A stretch of DNA of 64,000 bases from Paraspadella gotoi (GCA_051294375.1 CM119267.1:14873694-14937693), one strand, 5' to 3'; positions 1-13,075 are shown, counted from the first letter of the stretch. The notes: a model not told the origin generated them from the sequence alone. Translations and numbers: made by a program.

Positions 1-877
1 TGTGTCAAGCGTTGGGAAGAGGTCCACTCGCAGATTAGGAGATGACGACGGTGATGCTGATGATGATGATGATGATGACGATGATTTTTTTTTTAGTTTG
101 GTTTTTTTGGTTTGGTTCGCAAAAACCGCAAACGGGTTTAGCCCCCAACCAAAAAAGGGGATTCAGATTTTTTCAACTAGAAAACAAAATGTTAAACGAA
201 ATTACGTAGTTAACTGTTTATTGACGTTTGCACGTTTTCGATACCACAAACAAAGAAGAAAATGTAAGAAGAGAAAGAAAAACAATTGAATTTCCGAAAT
301 CGACAAACGGCAAAGAGAGTTTCATCGATGCGACATTAAAGTCTCCGCACTTTTTTAAGCGTAGAAAGTTTGACAGATCTGCGAGTTTCATCCAAGTAAG
401 ATTAATTTCCAACCGTCTCATCTCATTTCTAAACTAATTTTTAACATTTTTTTTCCGCCATAATTTCTCCAGGAAAAACTGAGGGACGGATGGACCGGTA
501 GTAAAGTCACATTAGAATCGAGCGTATCCGAAGAGAAAAATAAAAAAAAAAAGCTTCCCAGGGCATTTAAAGAATAAGCGTGGTAACGTCGATGCGTGAA
601 AACAAAGAATTAATATCGATCCTTGGAAAAAGATTGGTTTCACAAGGAAATTAGTTTAGACAAGACTCGTATTTTGCGACTCATCGGCTACTATACGCTC
701 AACTTATTATCTTCAATTATTTTCTATTACGTATGATTTATTGAATCTTTTTGTTCCCTTCGTTTAAAATTGTTTCCATGCTAAGTGGACACAAATTGAT
801 CAAACTATAACCGTAAATCCACCCTCGTGGACACTACAAACAATAACTATTCATTTTCTAAATAGATACGTTATTGT

Positions 878-1073
<196 letters not shown>

Positions 1074-2282
1074 GGAGGGAGGAACAACTTTAAACATAAT
1101 GATTACAAATGGACCCCCCGACCGAAAAATGTCTCCTAGAAATGCGGCGTCGCCTAAATCTGAAAAAAGCGAGAAAGTATAAGTTTCCCCCGCCCGAGTT
1201 GTGAACTTTGAACGAATCTGTCCAAAATCAGAAAAAAAAAACAAAACAAAAAAACTCCCGATGGGCTTTTCATTTATGATGGGAAGAATGTAGTAAAACT
1301 AAATTTTGACAAAAGTTCAAAATGAGAAATTATATTTCTCTTCTTCTAAACTTAAAATGTCGAGAAAAGGATAAGAAAAATGACTGAGAGGGGGGGTGAG
1401 AAAAAGGTAAGAGAAAGTAAGGGTTATGAAGGAAAAGTAAGGGCGACGAAAGACGAGAAAGAGAAAGGGGTTAAGTGTTTGTCAAGAAACGGATAAAGGA
1501 TATTTGTTTGACAATTCGTAGATAAATTTTTTTTAGAAACGACAGCGTTACGACGAACCATATATAACACTTTCGAGGCGTTTGATTTTAAAACTGTCTT
1601 CCAGTGACGACCGGAAAAAAAGCGTTTCCGGATTAACGCCTCTTTTCTGACGGTTATGTTTACCCTGGATAATATCCTAATTTGCCCTCGGCGCCATAAT
1701 GACTAATTTTCCTAATTTAGACAGACCCTTTCGAGCGTGAAACAAGACGTTAACATTTAAGAAGTTGACAAGTTCAGAAAAACAAAAAGACATTCACGGC
1801 CACGAAGTTGACGAACTCGGGGAGAACGAAGGAAAGAAAATCTCGAACAGAAAACACAGAGCGAGTTTACCTCCCAAGAATTTTTTTATTTGACAAAGCT
1901 AAATGCTATGAAGGAATCTCGGAAGTCAGGACGAGAAAAAGAGAGTCTTTGCGAACACAGTAGCTTTGGCGAGGTCATTTTTCAATTTATATTTCCCCAA
2001 TCCCAAATTTACATTCTACGTACATTCTACTTTGTTCTTCTTCTTCTTCCTCTCTCTTTCCCTTCCCCTATCCTTCACACCATCTCAAATTCTTCCAGTT
2101 TCAGCACAACATTTATTTTTCAATGAAACAGCCAACAGTTACTTGTTGTACGCTATGACTTGTTCGAGCATCGTAGCAAATCAGAAAATGCGATATAAAA
2201 AACAAGCATCAAGTTCAAAATAAACGACATAGCAGATGTGGTAAAAAATATTGCCCCCTGATGGCAGCCGTCGTCGATGAGG

Positions 2283-5200
2283 TCAAAACAAACCGGTGTC
2301 TCTCAGGTTGTTGTTGATGATGACGTCGGTGATGGCGTCGAAGACGAACTGGATGTTGGTGGTGTCCGTGGCGCAGGTCATCTGGGTGTAGATCTCTTTG
2401 GCGGGACTCTTGTTGATGAGCTCGAATTGTTTCTGGATGTAACGCGCGCAGGCGCAGAACTCTTGCGGACCCCTGTACTCTGGGAAAGCGACGGTGAGCG
2501 GAGAAGACTTAATCTTTTCTTCGAAAAGATCCTTTTTGTTGAGGAGGAGGATGATGGAGGTGTTGGCGAACCATCTGGCGGGAAAGGTTGTGATTGGTTG
2601 AATCAAATGTTTTGAAAAAAATACTTTTTTTCTTAATCATATTTTTCTTTAAATTAATATTAACACACTTCTGTTTCTGCCTCTATTTTTAATTTCAAAC
2701 GTCGCCATGCAGTTAAATGTGTTATCTTTTATGTTTATGTACATTGTTTTACTTACCTGCTGTTACAAATGGAATCGAAAAGCTTGAGTGACTCGTGCAT
2801 CCGGTTCACGGATTCCTCTTCGTAGAGGGACTGATTAGAGAAAAAAAAAGGAATGAAAGCTCAGAAAACGCAGAGAACTCCGTCGAGAGAGAGTCAAGAC
2901 GATCATCGTCGTCGAATTGCCTGATCGTATTCGCTCATGTTGACGCAGAAGATGATGGCGGCGACGCCTTCGAAACAGTGAATCCACTTTTTCCGCTCGG
3001 ATCTTTGGCCGCCGACGTCAAACAGTTTGAAGTTAAAGTTTTTGAAGGAGAAGCACACCTTGGAATTTAATGGGAAGGGGGAGGTTTAGATCGCGGTAGA
3101 CAGGAATTTCGAAATACGTATCTAAACTATAATGAGCCACTCATTGTAGAGCAGGGGAAATTTAAAGTTAACATAGAAAGCGTTCCATCTGTCAGGGCTT
3201 GTAAAAAATGTTTCTTTAATAACATAATAATTGAAGCGGAAATAAAACAATAATAATGGAAATAAAAAGAAAACAGGTTAAAAACCTCGACGATGCCGGT
3301 CGTTTTGACTCGAGTGTGAAGGATATCCTGATCGGTGGGCATGTAGTCTTCTCTCCCGATTCGATCCAAACCGTCGAGAAAATATTTGGCGCAATCCATC
3401 AACTGATACTCGTTAGATCTGAAGAAGAGAAAGAGCTATGGGCGATTGAAGTCTATCGAACTGCAACAACAACAACAAAAACAAATAAAAACAACAACAA
3501 AGGTAATATTAATTAATAATAACTTCAATTAAAAAAGACCACGAAACAGCAACAAAACAACAAAAACAAAACAACAATAACAAAAAAAGACCCACAACAC
3601 TAACGACAACGTAACTCTCGCAATCCGTCTTTGATAATAGTGCTTTTGACAATGGACACCTCGCCCCGCCGGAAGCTCCCTGACCCTTACACCTAATAAT
3701 AGCACTCGACAAGATTTTCCCGCAACACCCAGGTCGAAGCGTCACCTGGCGAAGCACTTCTGGACACCCTCGTCAACCCAGAGGCTCTTCATGGCGTCGA
3801 GGGTCTCCAGGGAAAAGAGTTTTGAGTCGTCGAATCTCGCCATCACTTCGAGGACCAGCGATGATTTGGCGGAGAGCGACGAATCGGCGAAGGCGATGCC
3901 GAGAGTGCCTGGAGGAAGGGCGAGGTTACATGGTAAATCCTCTTCGGGGGGGGGTTGGGTTTTATATATATCGGGAGATATATAAGAGTGGACTCCGATG
4001 TTGCTCAATATTTGAAATAAACGAAAATTATAATAGTTAAGTGGAGTAATATAAATATGAACAAAAATACAGATAACCCTAACAAAAGTTTGTTCCAAAG
4101 GAGATAGTAAATTCTCTAAGGCAAAAAATCAAAGATATCGTCTCAAAACCGTCTCAGAAAACTTGACTTTTGCCTCTTTAACTTAATCATACCTTAATCT
4201 TTGTGATTTAGACAAAAACAAGTCTTGTTCTTCTTTACTCATTTCATTAATCAAGTTTGTTTTTATTAACACAAACGCTGATTAAACTAAAAAAGCATGT
4301 TCTCAGGATTTTAACACACTTTTTTTCTGTTCTTTTCAAACAGAACAAGATTAGAGCCGAGATCTCCATTTATTAGCTTAACTATATTTGTAATGTTCGC
4401 AGTCTGAATTTGCTAAGATGTCAATGAGAATCCCTTCTTTCTTTTCATAATCTGGGAATTAAACTTGAACGCGATTTTAATCGTTACAACAAAATAAAGT
4501 TTTCTTTAGATCGGACAAGGTCTCGAATCAATATCCGATTAAAAAAAAATAGCCATCCGAACGCTGCAGTCGCCGGCTTTATCTGACAACAAATACGATC
4601 TATTTATTTTGAAATGAACCTTGCTCGATCACATGACCTTTTTTCGGATCCCAAACTTTGTATATACAAGATCAGACTGGCTTTAGAAAAGCTCTGTTTT
4701 GAATATTTTGAATACTGGTGTTTTATCTTGTTAATTGATATTATTTAATTTTCCATTTGTGTAGGGCCGAAGAAAGGTACCATGGACACGTTGGAAATAG
4801 CAATAGACCAAGGTGAGACGTTTTCAGGACTTCTGAAAAAAAGCAACATGTTAATTTTAACTTTTAACCATCAGTCGGAGAGACTTCGAGAAACGGAAGA
4901 ACGGAGAATGTACGGACGGACGAGTCGACCGACGGACGCCCTGTCGTCATTACGAAACCGAGGACCGATTCGGCTCCGGTCAGAATCGACAACGGAACCA
5001 ACCTGCGCATTCTATTTATTGGTAATTATCTCACGCCAAAATGAATACATTTTTATTTTTCTTATTTATTACAAATTTGTCATCACTTCATGATGAATGA
5101 ACCTTTGCACAAATTTTATAGTTGTCTACGGCGGCGCGATGAAGCTTCTTGACTTTATCTTCGATTGGCTCGTCGCCGTGGAAACGGCCAGCTCTCAGTA

Positions 5201-8200
5201 CAGCGACAGGATTTTTGGCAACGTCCTCATCTTGGAACGAAATATCGGTCAGTTAAATAATTTTGAATGTAATGGTAAATTGGAAGATTGGGAGTTCATT
5301 TGACTAAGTGATGTTTTAAACTCGGTTACTTTGTCTTTAGGTTTCGTCATGGTGGCCATGATGCTGGTAGCGGGATTTCGCGTCGCACTGGCCGAATTTG
5401 AGGCTTTGGAAGCCTGGGTCCGAATTCCCTTGGCCATTCTGCTGTCTCCCGTGGCCACAATGAAGACCATTTGGCTCAGAATTAAAATTTTTCAGAGCCT
5501 TCCCAAGGATCAGTGAGTCTTCGCTTTTAGTAAGATCAACACATTCAAGATTGGTTGCACTCTTTCACTCCTGCAGATGGGGCCTCCTCAATGCGGACCC
5601 TGAAATCAATAGAATGACGGAAATGCTGCTGGAAGCCGATGTTTTGGTGGCCAAGTGGGAATGCGGCCCGCAAATGTTTCTGACTTGCCTCAAATTAGGT
5701 AAGTGTATATATATAAAAGTGGAAGAATGTTAGGGCAGTTTGGTCAATTTACATATATGTGCATTGAGCAATGGAGTAGATATATCTTGATTCTTGAGAC
5801 GCCTCTTCCAAGCCAAGGGGCATATCAGATTTCCTCACAATAGAGGTTACCCTCCAGGACTCGCCCATAAGCTCAATCTCATCGATTTTATCTCTATCCT
5901 GACATCCGTCCTCTGGCTGGCCCGATCCCTCGTCTCCCTCCACGCCCATCTACGCCGTAAATCCCGCGAAACTCCCCACGGATTCGCGGCGCGCTTCGTC
6001 CTCGTCGTCGCCGTCGCCTTCTTCGTCCTGGCCGGTGTCATCGCCGGGGCCGTTTTCTCCTTCGAGAGCGAGCGAGACGGCGTCTTCGGCCCGCATCGCC
6101 GCTTCGCCGACGAAGAATCGGCGCCCGGTCTGCTCTTCATCTGCGTCGTTCTGCCGCTGATACTGACGATCCTGTCGCTGGCCTCGGTGCCGCACCTTAC
6201 ATTCGGCGTAGTTCGATACGACGCCGCCCATCTGCAGGCGTTGGCCACGCCCATGTCGGACGTGATGCTCCTGCGTAGATTCAGCGTCGTCTCTCTGACG
6301 CTCTTCGTCAACGCGTTCTCGTCCATTTTCTTCGTTTATCGCGACAACTACCCGGACGACGACTCGATCTTTCTAGCCGGACGGACCCACTACGCTTCGG
6401 ACGAGGACTCTGAGATTCCCTGGGCGAGAATGGATTTTAAGGTGAGCCCTTTTTTTTTTTCGTCTAAACCTGCTTTCTCACGAGTTTAACCTTTTATTCA
6501 CGATTCATTTTCTGTTTTTAATTTTTTTTAAAAACGGCTCTTTATCAACCTTCGAATGTTATTCACAATTTTTCAACTTTGACGCTTTTTCGCCTTCCCC
6601 GTGTGAGAAGCTGGTATTTTTGGGCTAATAATTCGAGATTTCCCACTGTTTTTTACTCCTCTTCATCCATCTCGATGTCGCTCTTAATTATCCGAGGACA
6701 ATCTTTGTCCTCGTTTCAAAGTTAAACATTTGTCTCCAATGATTTTTTTTTGACGTTTTGACAGTTTAATTTTTTTCTGAAAATACGGGCAAATTACCAC
6801 CGTGAAAAAATGTCTTCAAACGCCTATTATAATTTCGAAGCAAACATGTTGGCTAATCAGTTCACCTGCGTTCCTCTCAGATCGCGAAAGGACGTTGGAA
6901 CTGCTTGATCTTCCATTGGGTCCTGTTGGTAATGGGAACCCTTTCCGCGGCCCTTCTCATGCATCTCGTGCTCACCTTCAGAGCCTTGCACGGAAACGTC
7001 ATGTACAGGGTGCTATACATCGACCTGTTAATCGCCAAGAGCAACTCTACTTTGGACAGAATGAAGAATGAGGTTACACGATCGATCTTAATTCAAATAT
7101 TTTGCAAGAGAAATAATTTGATATCTAACGATTGGTCGGCAGGTTTCGTTTTGGAAGGAACTCCATAGCGAATTGACCGAATTCGAAGAGGAAGTGTTTA
7201 AGCAAAAGGACCGCGCTCAAATGTTGATCAACGGTAGTTGATATACGTATTATATTAAGTAATCTTTAGATAATAAGTTCAACTCCTTTTCACTCCGATC
7301 AGATGACGACGAGGAAGATCGCGACGAAAATCTCGACGCCCTCCTCTCTCAACTCGTCGCCGCGGGAAACGAGATGCGAGTCTCCCACAAACTGGCGCAT
7401 TACCTCGACTCGAAGAAGCTGCGCCGCGCCGTCAGAGTCAAGCCGCAGCAGCAGTACCGCTCCAGACTCTCGTCGCTCTGTGGCCCGACGCCGGCTGCCG
7501 TTATCGTCGTCGTTTGGAGCGTCGCCGTGGCGCTTTTGGCCTGGGGAGCCGTCATACTCACCACGCCCCGCTGTCCCGACGGATTCAATCACTTTTTGCC
7601 CATCAAAGGAAAGTGTTACGCCTTCGAACAGGTATGAGCGATCGTTGTCATGAATTCAAATTATTGGAGTAAGATCAGGACTGGAAAGTCCCTAATCTTT
7701 TTGGTTTGACCCTTAGGTCGATGAGTTTATCGATTTTCCGACGGCCAAGAAACGCTGCGTCGACGAATCGGGGATTCTTGCGGAGATTTATTCTCAGAAG
7801 GAATTGGATTCCATTGAAGAATATCTGCAGCACATGAGGAACAACAGGCATGAGCTTACGAAGAACTTAATCATACTTTAAAATATTCAGTTGAATTCGT
7901 TGTATGATTTTGTATAGTAATATAATGTATAATGTAATGTATACCAGTCGAGCGTTTTGGACGGGAATGACTCGTATGCAATATTCTCCTTTCGTCGTGG
8001 AAGAGTACGTAAAGAAAAGAGCAATGCAGCCGTTGGTGTGGAATTCTACGAGGCTGGAGCCAAGCTATTCGGTAAATAAAATTCATATTATGGCCGGGTT
8101 GCCTGTGATGCCCATCTCATGCATCTCACTGTTGGCTTTGGGAGCTTCCGACCCTCAGTGACTCCTCCTGTCACTGGCGCGGTTACCCTAGGATGGTCTC

Positions 8201-11174
8201 GTTTTGCCAGAGGAAGTCGTTAGGACTGTGGATGGAACACAATGCCTGGGATGGTGCTTTCCTCCTCTAAGCCAATGCTATTGGCTGAACGATTGTGGAT
8301 ATGAGGTGGTGTGAATATACCGCCACAATATACTAATAATTGGGGATTCAATCGTTTTCGATCATAGTTATTAGTTACGGTTTTTAGTAATTACAAATCT
8401 TCCACCTTACAGATTCCGTGGCAGGCGGGAAACCCCAACGGCTACGGGAACTGCGTCGATGCCTTTCTAACCAAGCACGACAAGAACCTTCTGTTCAACG
8501 ACCTAATTTGCAATTGCGACAATTGCTTGGGAGCTTATCTTTGCAAATACATCACTCCAGAACAGAGAAAAGATTTGGGGAGGAAAAAGTTCCCGGACTG
8601 CGACGAAAAATACCAAGATTTTCAGTTTAAAGGCGAGGAAGATTTGTTTATCAAGAATCTTATGAAATAACGAAAGCGTTTCCCTGTCTTTTATCGGACT
8701 TTCATAAAAGTACCAAATAAATCTATTTTTTTCTCCCTGACTTTGATCAGGCTTTGGTGGTTTAAGGCCTCCTTCACTGTTATATTTTTTTCCTCCAGAC
8801 TCTTGTTACCACTACGAGCAAAGTCCCGGTTGCGGTATCTATTGGGAGACGGCCCAAGAACAATGCGAAGCCAACGGCGGCCACTTGGCGGCGTTTGAGA
8901 CGAAAGAGGAATGGATCGCCGTCAAGGAATTTCTCGTGAGCGAACCCTCTCACGGGGGCAAGAGTTGGATCGGCGCCAATGTCACCGGCGACGGGGACCG
9001 AAAGTTCCGATGGGTCACAGGAGACCTCGTCGACGACTCGTACGGCTTTCTCGGTAGTAGAGAGACGACGGCGATGCTACCCGGCGACTGTCTCATCACC
9101 GTCACGGCCGACGTCATGGACGCCGATCAAAAGGACGTCAAGTTCGGCTGGTTCGCCGCCGCTTGCTCCAAATACGGACTTCCGTTCTTGTGCGAGAAGA
9201 AGAAAACGTCTACAATGTGATAGGGCTGTTTTAAGCCTTTTCAAATTAAATTTTATTTGACTATGTGATAAGGTCTTTACTTTTTATTGATTTTTACGAC
9301 GGATGAAGTCCGATTGAATTTAAACAATGAACATCTAAACCTTTTCCGAAAGTTTACTTGAGTTTTATACTTGATTTTTAATCTCGCCAGACGGGCGAAT
9401 GCCCGAATTGGGCGAGATGTTAATTCGTTTCTGCTTCTTTTGACCGTTGGCGTCGTTGTCACGCTGTTTTAATAATGAAAATAGCTAAAGTATGGAACCA
9501 TAAGAAGCTGAAAATTGAAGTCTTTTAAATTGTTATGTTTCATATTCCTCACTCATTTGTTTGTTTTATTTATAAAATAATTTTATATATGTGGATAAGG
9601 CGCTATTGGGCTGAAAAGTTCTATCCGCAACTTCTTTACCCCCTCTAGCAGCCATAGAACGTGTCCTGGGCTTGGAACCAGACTTGAAGGTTTTCCATCC
9701 CCCAAGATGGCCACCGGGTCACAACTGAAGGTGTTATGCTTATAAGCGGGGTGAACTTATGCAATGCCCGACTACATGCCCCCAGATTGTAACCCACCCT
9801 GCACTGCTTTCAGTGGAGGGAGGGAAGTAATCTTCAGCAAGTCTATGGGCCTGGAATCAGAAGGTTAGAATACGCTCGATAGGATGGGCTCACCAGTGTG
9901 GATAAGGCGCTACGTGGGCTGAAGAGTATTATCCGCAACTTTTTTAACCCCCTCTAGCAGCTATGGAACGGGTCCTAGGCTTAGAATCAGGCTTGAGGGT
10001 TTTCCACACCCCCAAGGCGATTTACGGCTGCCCTTACGCTTCCCGTAGGGTAGGTACCGGGTTTGGATTGAACCCGGTACCTAGTGGTCATAAGCTGATG
10101 GCTTTACTCAATGAGCCACCGGGTTACAACTGAAGGTATCATGCTTATAGGCAGGGTAACTTATGCAATACCCGACTACATATATATATAGATGAGTTTA
10201 GCTCTACAGCGGCTGTCCAGCGGCTGTCCAGTTTCTCTCTTTTTCTCTCTCTCTCTCTTTTAATTATATATCTCTCTTTTTTTTTTTCGTCACAGCTTCT
10301 GATTCGTTTAAAAACTTGTTCGCTCTGCGTTGTCCAGCTTCTCTCTACATATCTTTTTCTTTTTTTATATTAATTTTCTTTGATAGTAACGTCTGGGCGA
10401 GATCATATTCTTTAAGATTTTTTTAACAAGATTTTGTTGTAGTTTTTACAACAACAAATAAATATACATGGTTTTTGGCAACATTGTTTTATGTTCTGTT
10501 TCGTTAAACGGAGGATATTTACAACCTACCATGGCCCTAAGAATGGCGGCGAGGCACTGTATAGTGTTTGAGTAAATGACTGGACGGTATCTCATGAGAT
10601 CCTCCTTGGTAAAACCCGTGTCGTGAATGATCTTCATCTGCTTGACGATGGTGCTCTTGCCCGATTCGCCAGAACCTAAGTAAAAAATTGTAAGGGCCAG
10701 TTTAAAGGTTTTGGAGAAAATGAACTGAAGCAAAAGTCTGTCGAATAAGGTTAAATGTTTTATTTGAAGTGGCGAGTAAATTTGCGAGTTTGCCATTAAA
10801 GATCGCTTTGTCTCCCTCAACTCGACTCTACCCAGTACCCACGCTTCCTCATCGCCTCCAAACACAACACCCCTTACCTTTGCGATCCATAGACACCTGC
10901 GCTTTTTCATTGTATTATCGACGTCAAACACAGCAGTTCTTCCGTATGAAAACACATGTTACAATTCAAACAATTTTACACAAACATAAAAATATCGATC
11001 GCCTACTCCTTATTCCACGTTCATCGAAAGTTTCGGTCAGATTGAAAACTTCACTTACCCAACAACAACAACTTGACGTCCCTCTGATTCGTTTCCTGTC
11101 GTTTTCCAAAGTTTTCTCTATGGTCCTCGACTTATTCATGGCCGCCCGTTCGTCCAAGCTGACCGAGCAGCCAT
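2283..11174 (-). CDS. Heterotrimeric G-protein alpha subunit, Gi/o class (7 exons)
   Basis: Exons 11174-11059, 10675-10530, 3908-3746, 3418-3286, 3058-2921, 2830-2757, 2574-2283. Motifs (M)GC..., [57 protein letters not shown]; C-terminus NNLRDTGLF. Exon 1 needs two 1-nt insertions to read through (see findings). Confidence 0.95.
4782..9220 (+). CDS. XK-related-like multipass membrane protein fused to a further TM helix and two C-type lectin domains (about 896 aa, 13 exons), nested antisense in the G-alpha intron
   Basis: Exons 4782-4812, 4875-5021, 5122-5247, 5341-5512, 5577-5698, 5858-6441, 6881-7072, 7143-7233, 7303-7631, 7717-7847, 7948-8071, 8413-8632, 8799-9220; phases compatible throughout (2691 nt). 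XK-like motifs [12 protein letters not shown] and WECGPQMFL (cf. ESAPQL). CTLD1: CPDGF..KCY..AKKRC..LAEI..FWTGM..WQAGNPN..C..FND..C..YLC. CTLD2: [11 protein letters not shown]...GGHLA..WIGA..FRW..C..FLCE. Confidence 0.8.
8094..8330. mobile_element. Dispersed repeat family A, copy 1 (intron of the XK-lectin gene)
   Basis: Collinear similarity to 40865-41127 (CCGGGTTGC.TGTGATGCCCA...GTGTGAATATAC.GC.ACAATA). Confidence 0.8.
9591..10181 (-). mobile_element. Tandem pair of SINE-like units, the second with a tRNA-like segment
   Basis: Units 9591-9777 and 9898-10181 both run GTGGATAAGGCGCTA...CCCGACTACAT. Unit 2 has minus-strand A-box-like TGGCTCATTGAG and B-box-like GGTTCAATCC. Flanked by (TA)n. 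Confidence 0.65.
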
Positions 11175-13060
11175 GATCGCGTCGTTTCAGCGCCCAAACC
11201 AAATAGCGTCGCTTTATCGCCGCATTCTTAAAAAAATGTTGAACAAAATTTCGGTTTTTAGCTTTATAAAAAACATATGTCATTTACTGGAATCGAATAA
11301 ATTCGCGTGTTTGAATCGAGCTGTTCCACTAACGCAGATTGGCCCATGAAATACTAAAAAAAAATACTCCATGAACTTATGTCACGGCAAAAAGACAAGT
11401 CTGGATCGCTACGAACGACGGAAGGAGGGAGGAAATGAGTCTCTAGGAAAATAGAAATGTTCCGGAAATGGACGATCCGCTTGTATGAAATCCACGGCGC
11501 CCGGGCGTCCGGGTGTCGAGACTAATTAACGTCTCGTTTAACCCTTACCCCGATGTCCGCTAAATGAAAACTGTCAGTTATAACTGTTTCGTTATATCTA
11601 CTCGCGTTGACTCGTCGTCGTTAATGAGGTCTTCGTTATGGAAGATTGCCTTCATGATTCTTTGTTGTAGTTGTTATTGCAAGGCCGATGATTAGAAAGA
11701 CGGAACACCGATCGCTCCCGCCACCACAATTCTTTCTAGTCGTCTTCGCCGTCGACAACAAATTCCGGAACTGTAAACGATTTCCTGAATCCATGAATAA
11801 TGATCAGATTTTTCTCGAGATTTTCTCACTTTTTTCATATTTTTTATTTATTCTTGCGAATCTTGCCTTTTTTTTCAATCCTTAATAACGGTTCTATGGG
11901 ATCCAGTTTCGTTAGTCGGCGTCTTTGGCACGCGATCCCGGTTAAGGTAAAGCAAAGTTCGCTGGGATGGAATTAAAAGTTAAAACCTACTTTTTTCACT
12001 ACGGTCAGAAAAAAAATTTTAATTAAAAAAAAGGGAAAAAAACCACGAATATCACGAAATGATTAATGAATGAAATAAAACAAATTTCATCATAATTTCA
12101 AATGAATTTGTTTTTTTTTAATTTTGAAATGTGTGTAATGAGATTTGTTTTTGTTCGTTTCATGCCAAGTTTCTCCATCGATTCCGAAACCGGATGGGGT
12201 CCCATGATCTCTTAACCGCGACGAAAAAAATTTCGGGGAACAATTTTGTTTATACACCCTCGTGTGCATTCATGTACACCGATTTTAAAAGTGAATAAGT
12301 TTCAATTGGGTCGCTTTTTGTTTATCACGGCTTTGATTATTTTATATAGTTTATAAAACTTCTCTTTTTAAAAAATAGACGTATTAAAAAAATCCAACTT
12401 CAATCATTTATGTGTGCACATTTATTGATTTTTGTCGAAGCTCAGAAGAAAATATCCCGGTAACAAGGTTTAAGTTCATAATTACCTTCCTGAGAATTAG
12501 CCCAATTTCTTGACCCGTTATTGCATCCTCGCTCTAAATAAAAGTCGTATAATTTCGAGCGACCATCTCATTGTAGAAGTCACCCAGGAAAGTAAATTTT
12601 AATATATGTACTTTTATTCGTATCATTGTTAATAAAAACGAATTGCCCTTTTAATTTGATAACTGCCGTTAATTAACGAGGTACTGATAATAATCCTGAA
12701 ATCTAAAATGTTCCAATGATCAGAGGCCATGTATCTCCTTTAATAATTTTATTTTATCACTCCGGAAAAAAAATTAGCGGCAATTAAACGAATATCTAAA
12801 ACCGGACATAAACACGAAGAAAAATATTTAGCGTCGTCACGAACGCATTTTTATTTATTCTCTATCGAAATAAATTGGTTGGATGAAATAAAGTCAAGAG
12901 ACTATAATTAAATCTATATTTTTTTTAAACAATGTTTGACTCTCACCTTCCATTGTAAACATCGATACTGGATTTGTCACGATCTGCTTTGCGCGAGCAC
13001 GACTGGCAAACCTACGTCAAGACTGGCAAAAAGAATCAAAGCCGTTAGCGGCTCAACAAA

Positions 13061-13075
13061 GTCACGTATGGCAAC
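13061..13075 (+). promoter_or_regulatory. X-box (RFX)-like site upstream of KIF12
   Basis: GTCACGTATGGCAAC resembles GTYNCY-AT-RGNAAC; it follows a GACTGGCAAA direct repeat at 13001 and 13021. Confidence 0.3.

Noticed and set aside
1-289. 95-aa ORF with poly-Asp at the window start
   Set aside because: (GAT)n microsatellite with no splice or homology support.
11890-12220. Weak inverted-repeat blocks (ATGGGATCCAGTTTCG versus CGAAACCGGATGGGGTCCCAT)
   Set aside because: Too short and patchy to call an element.
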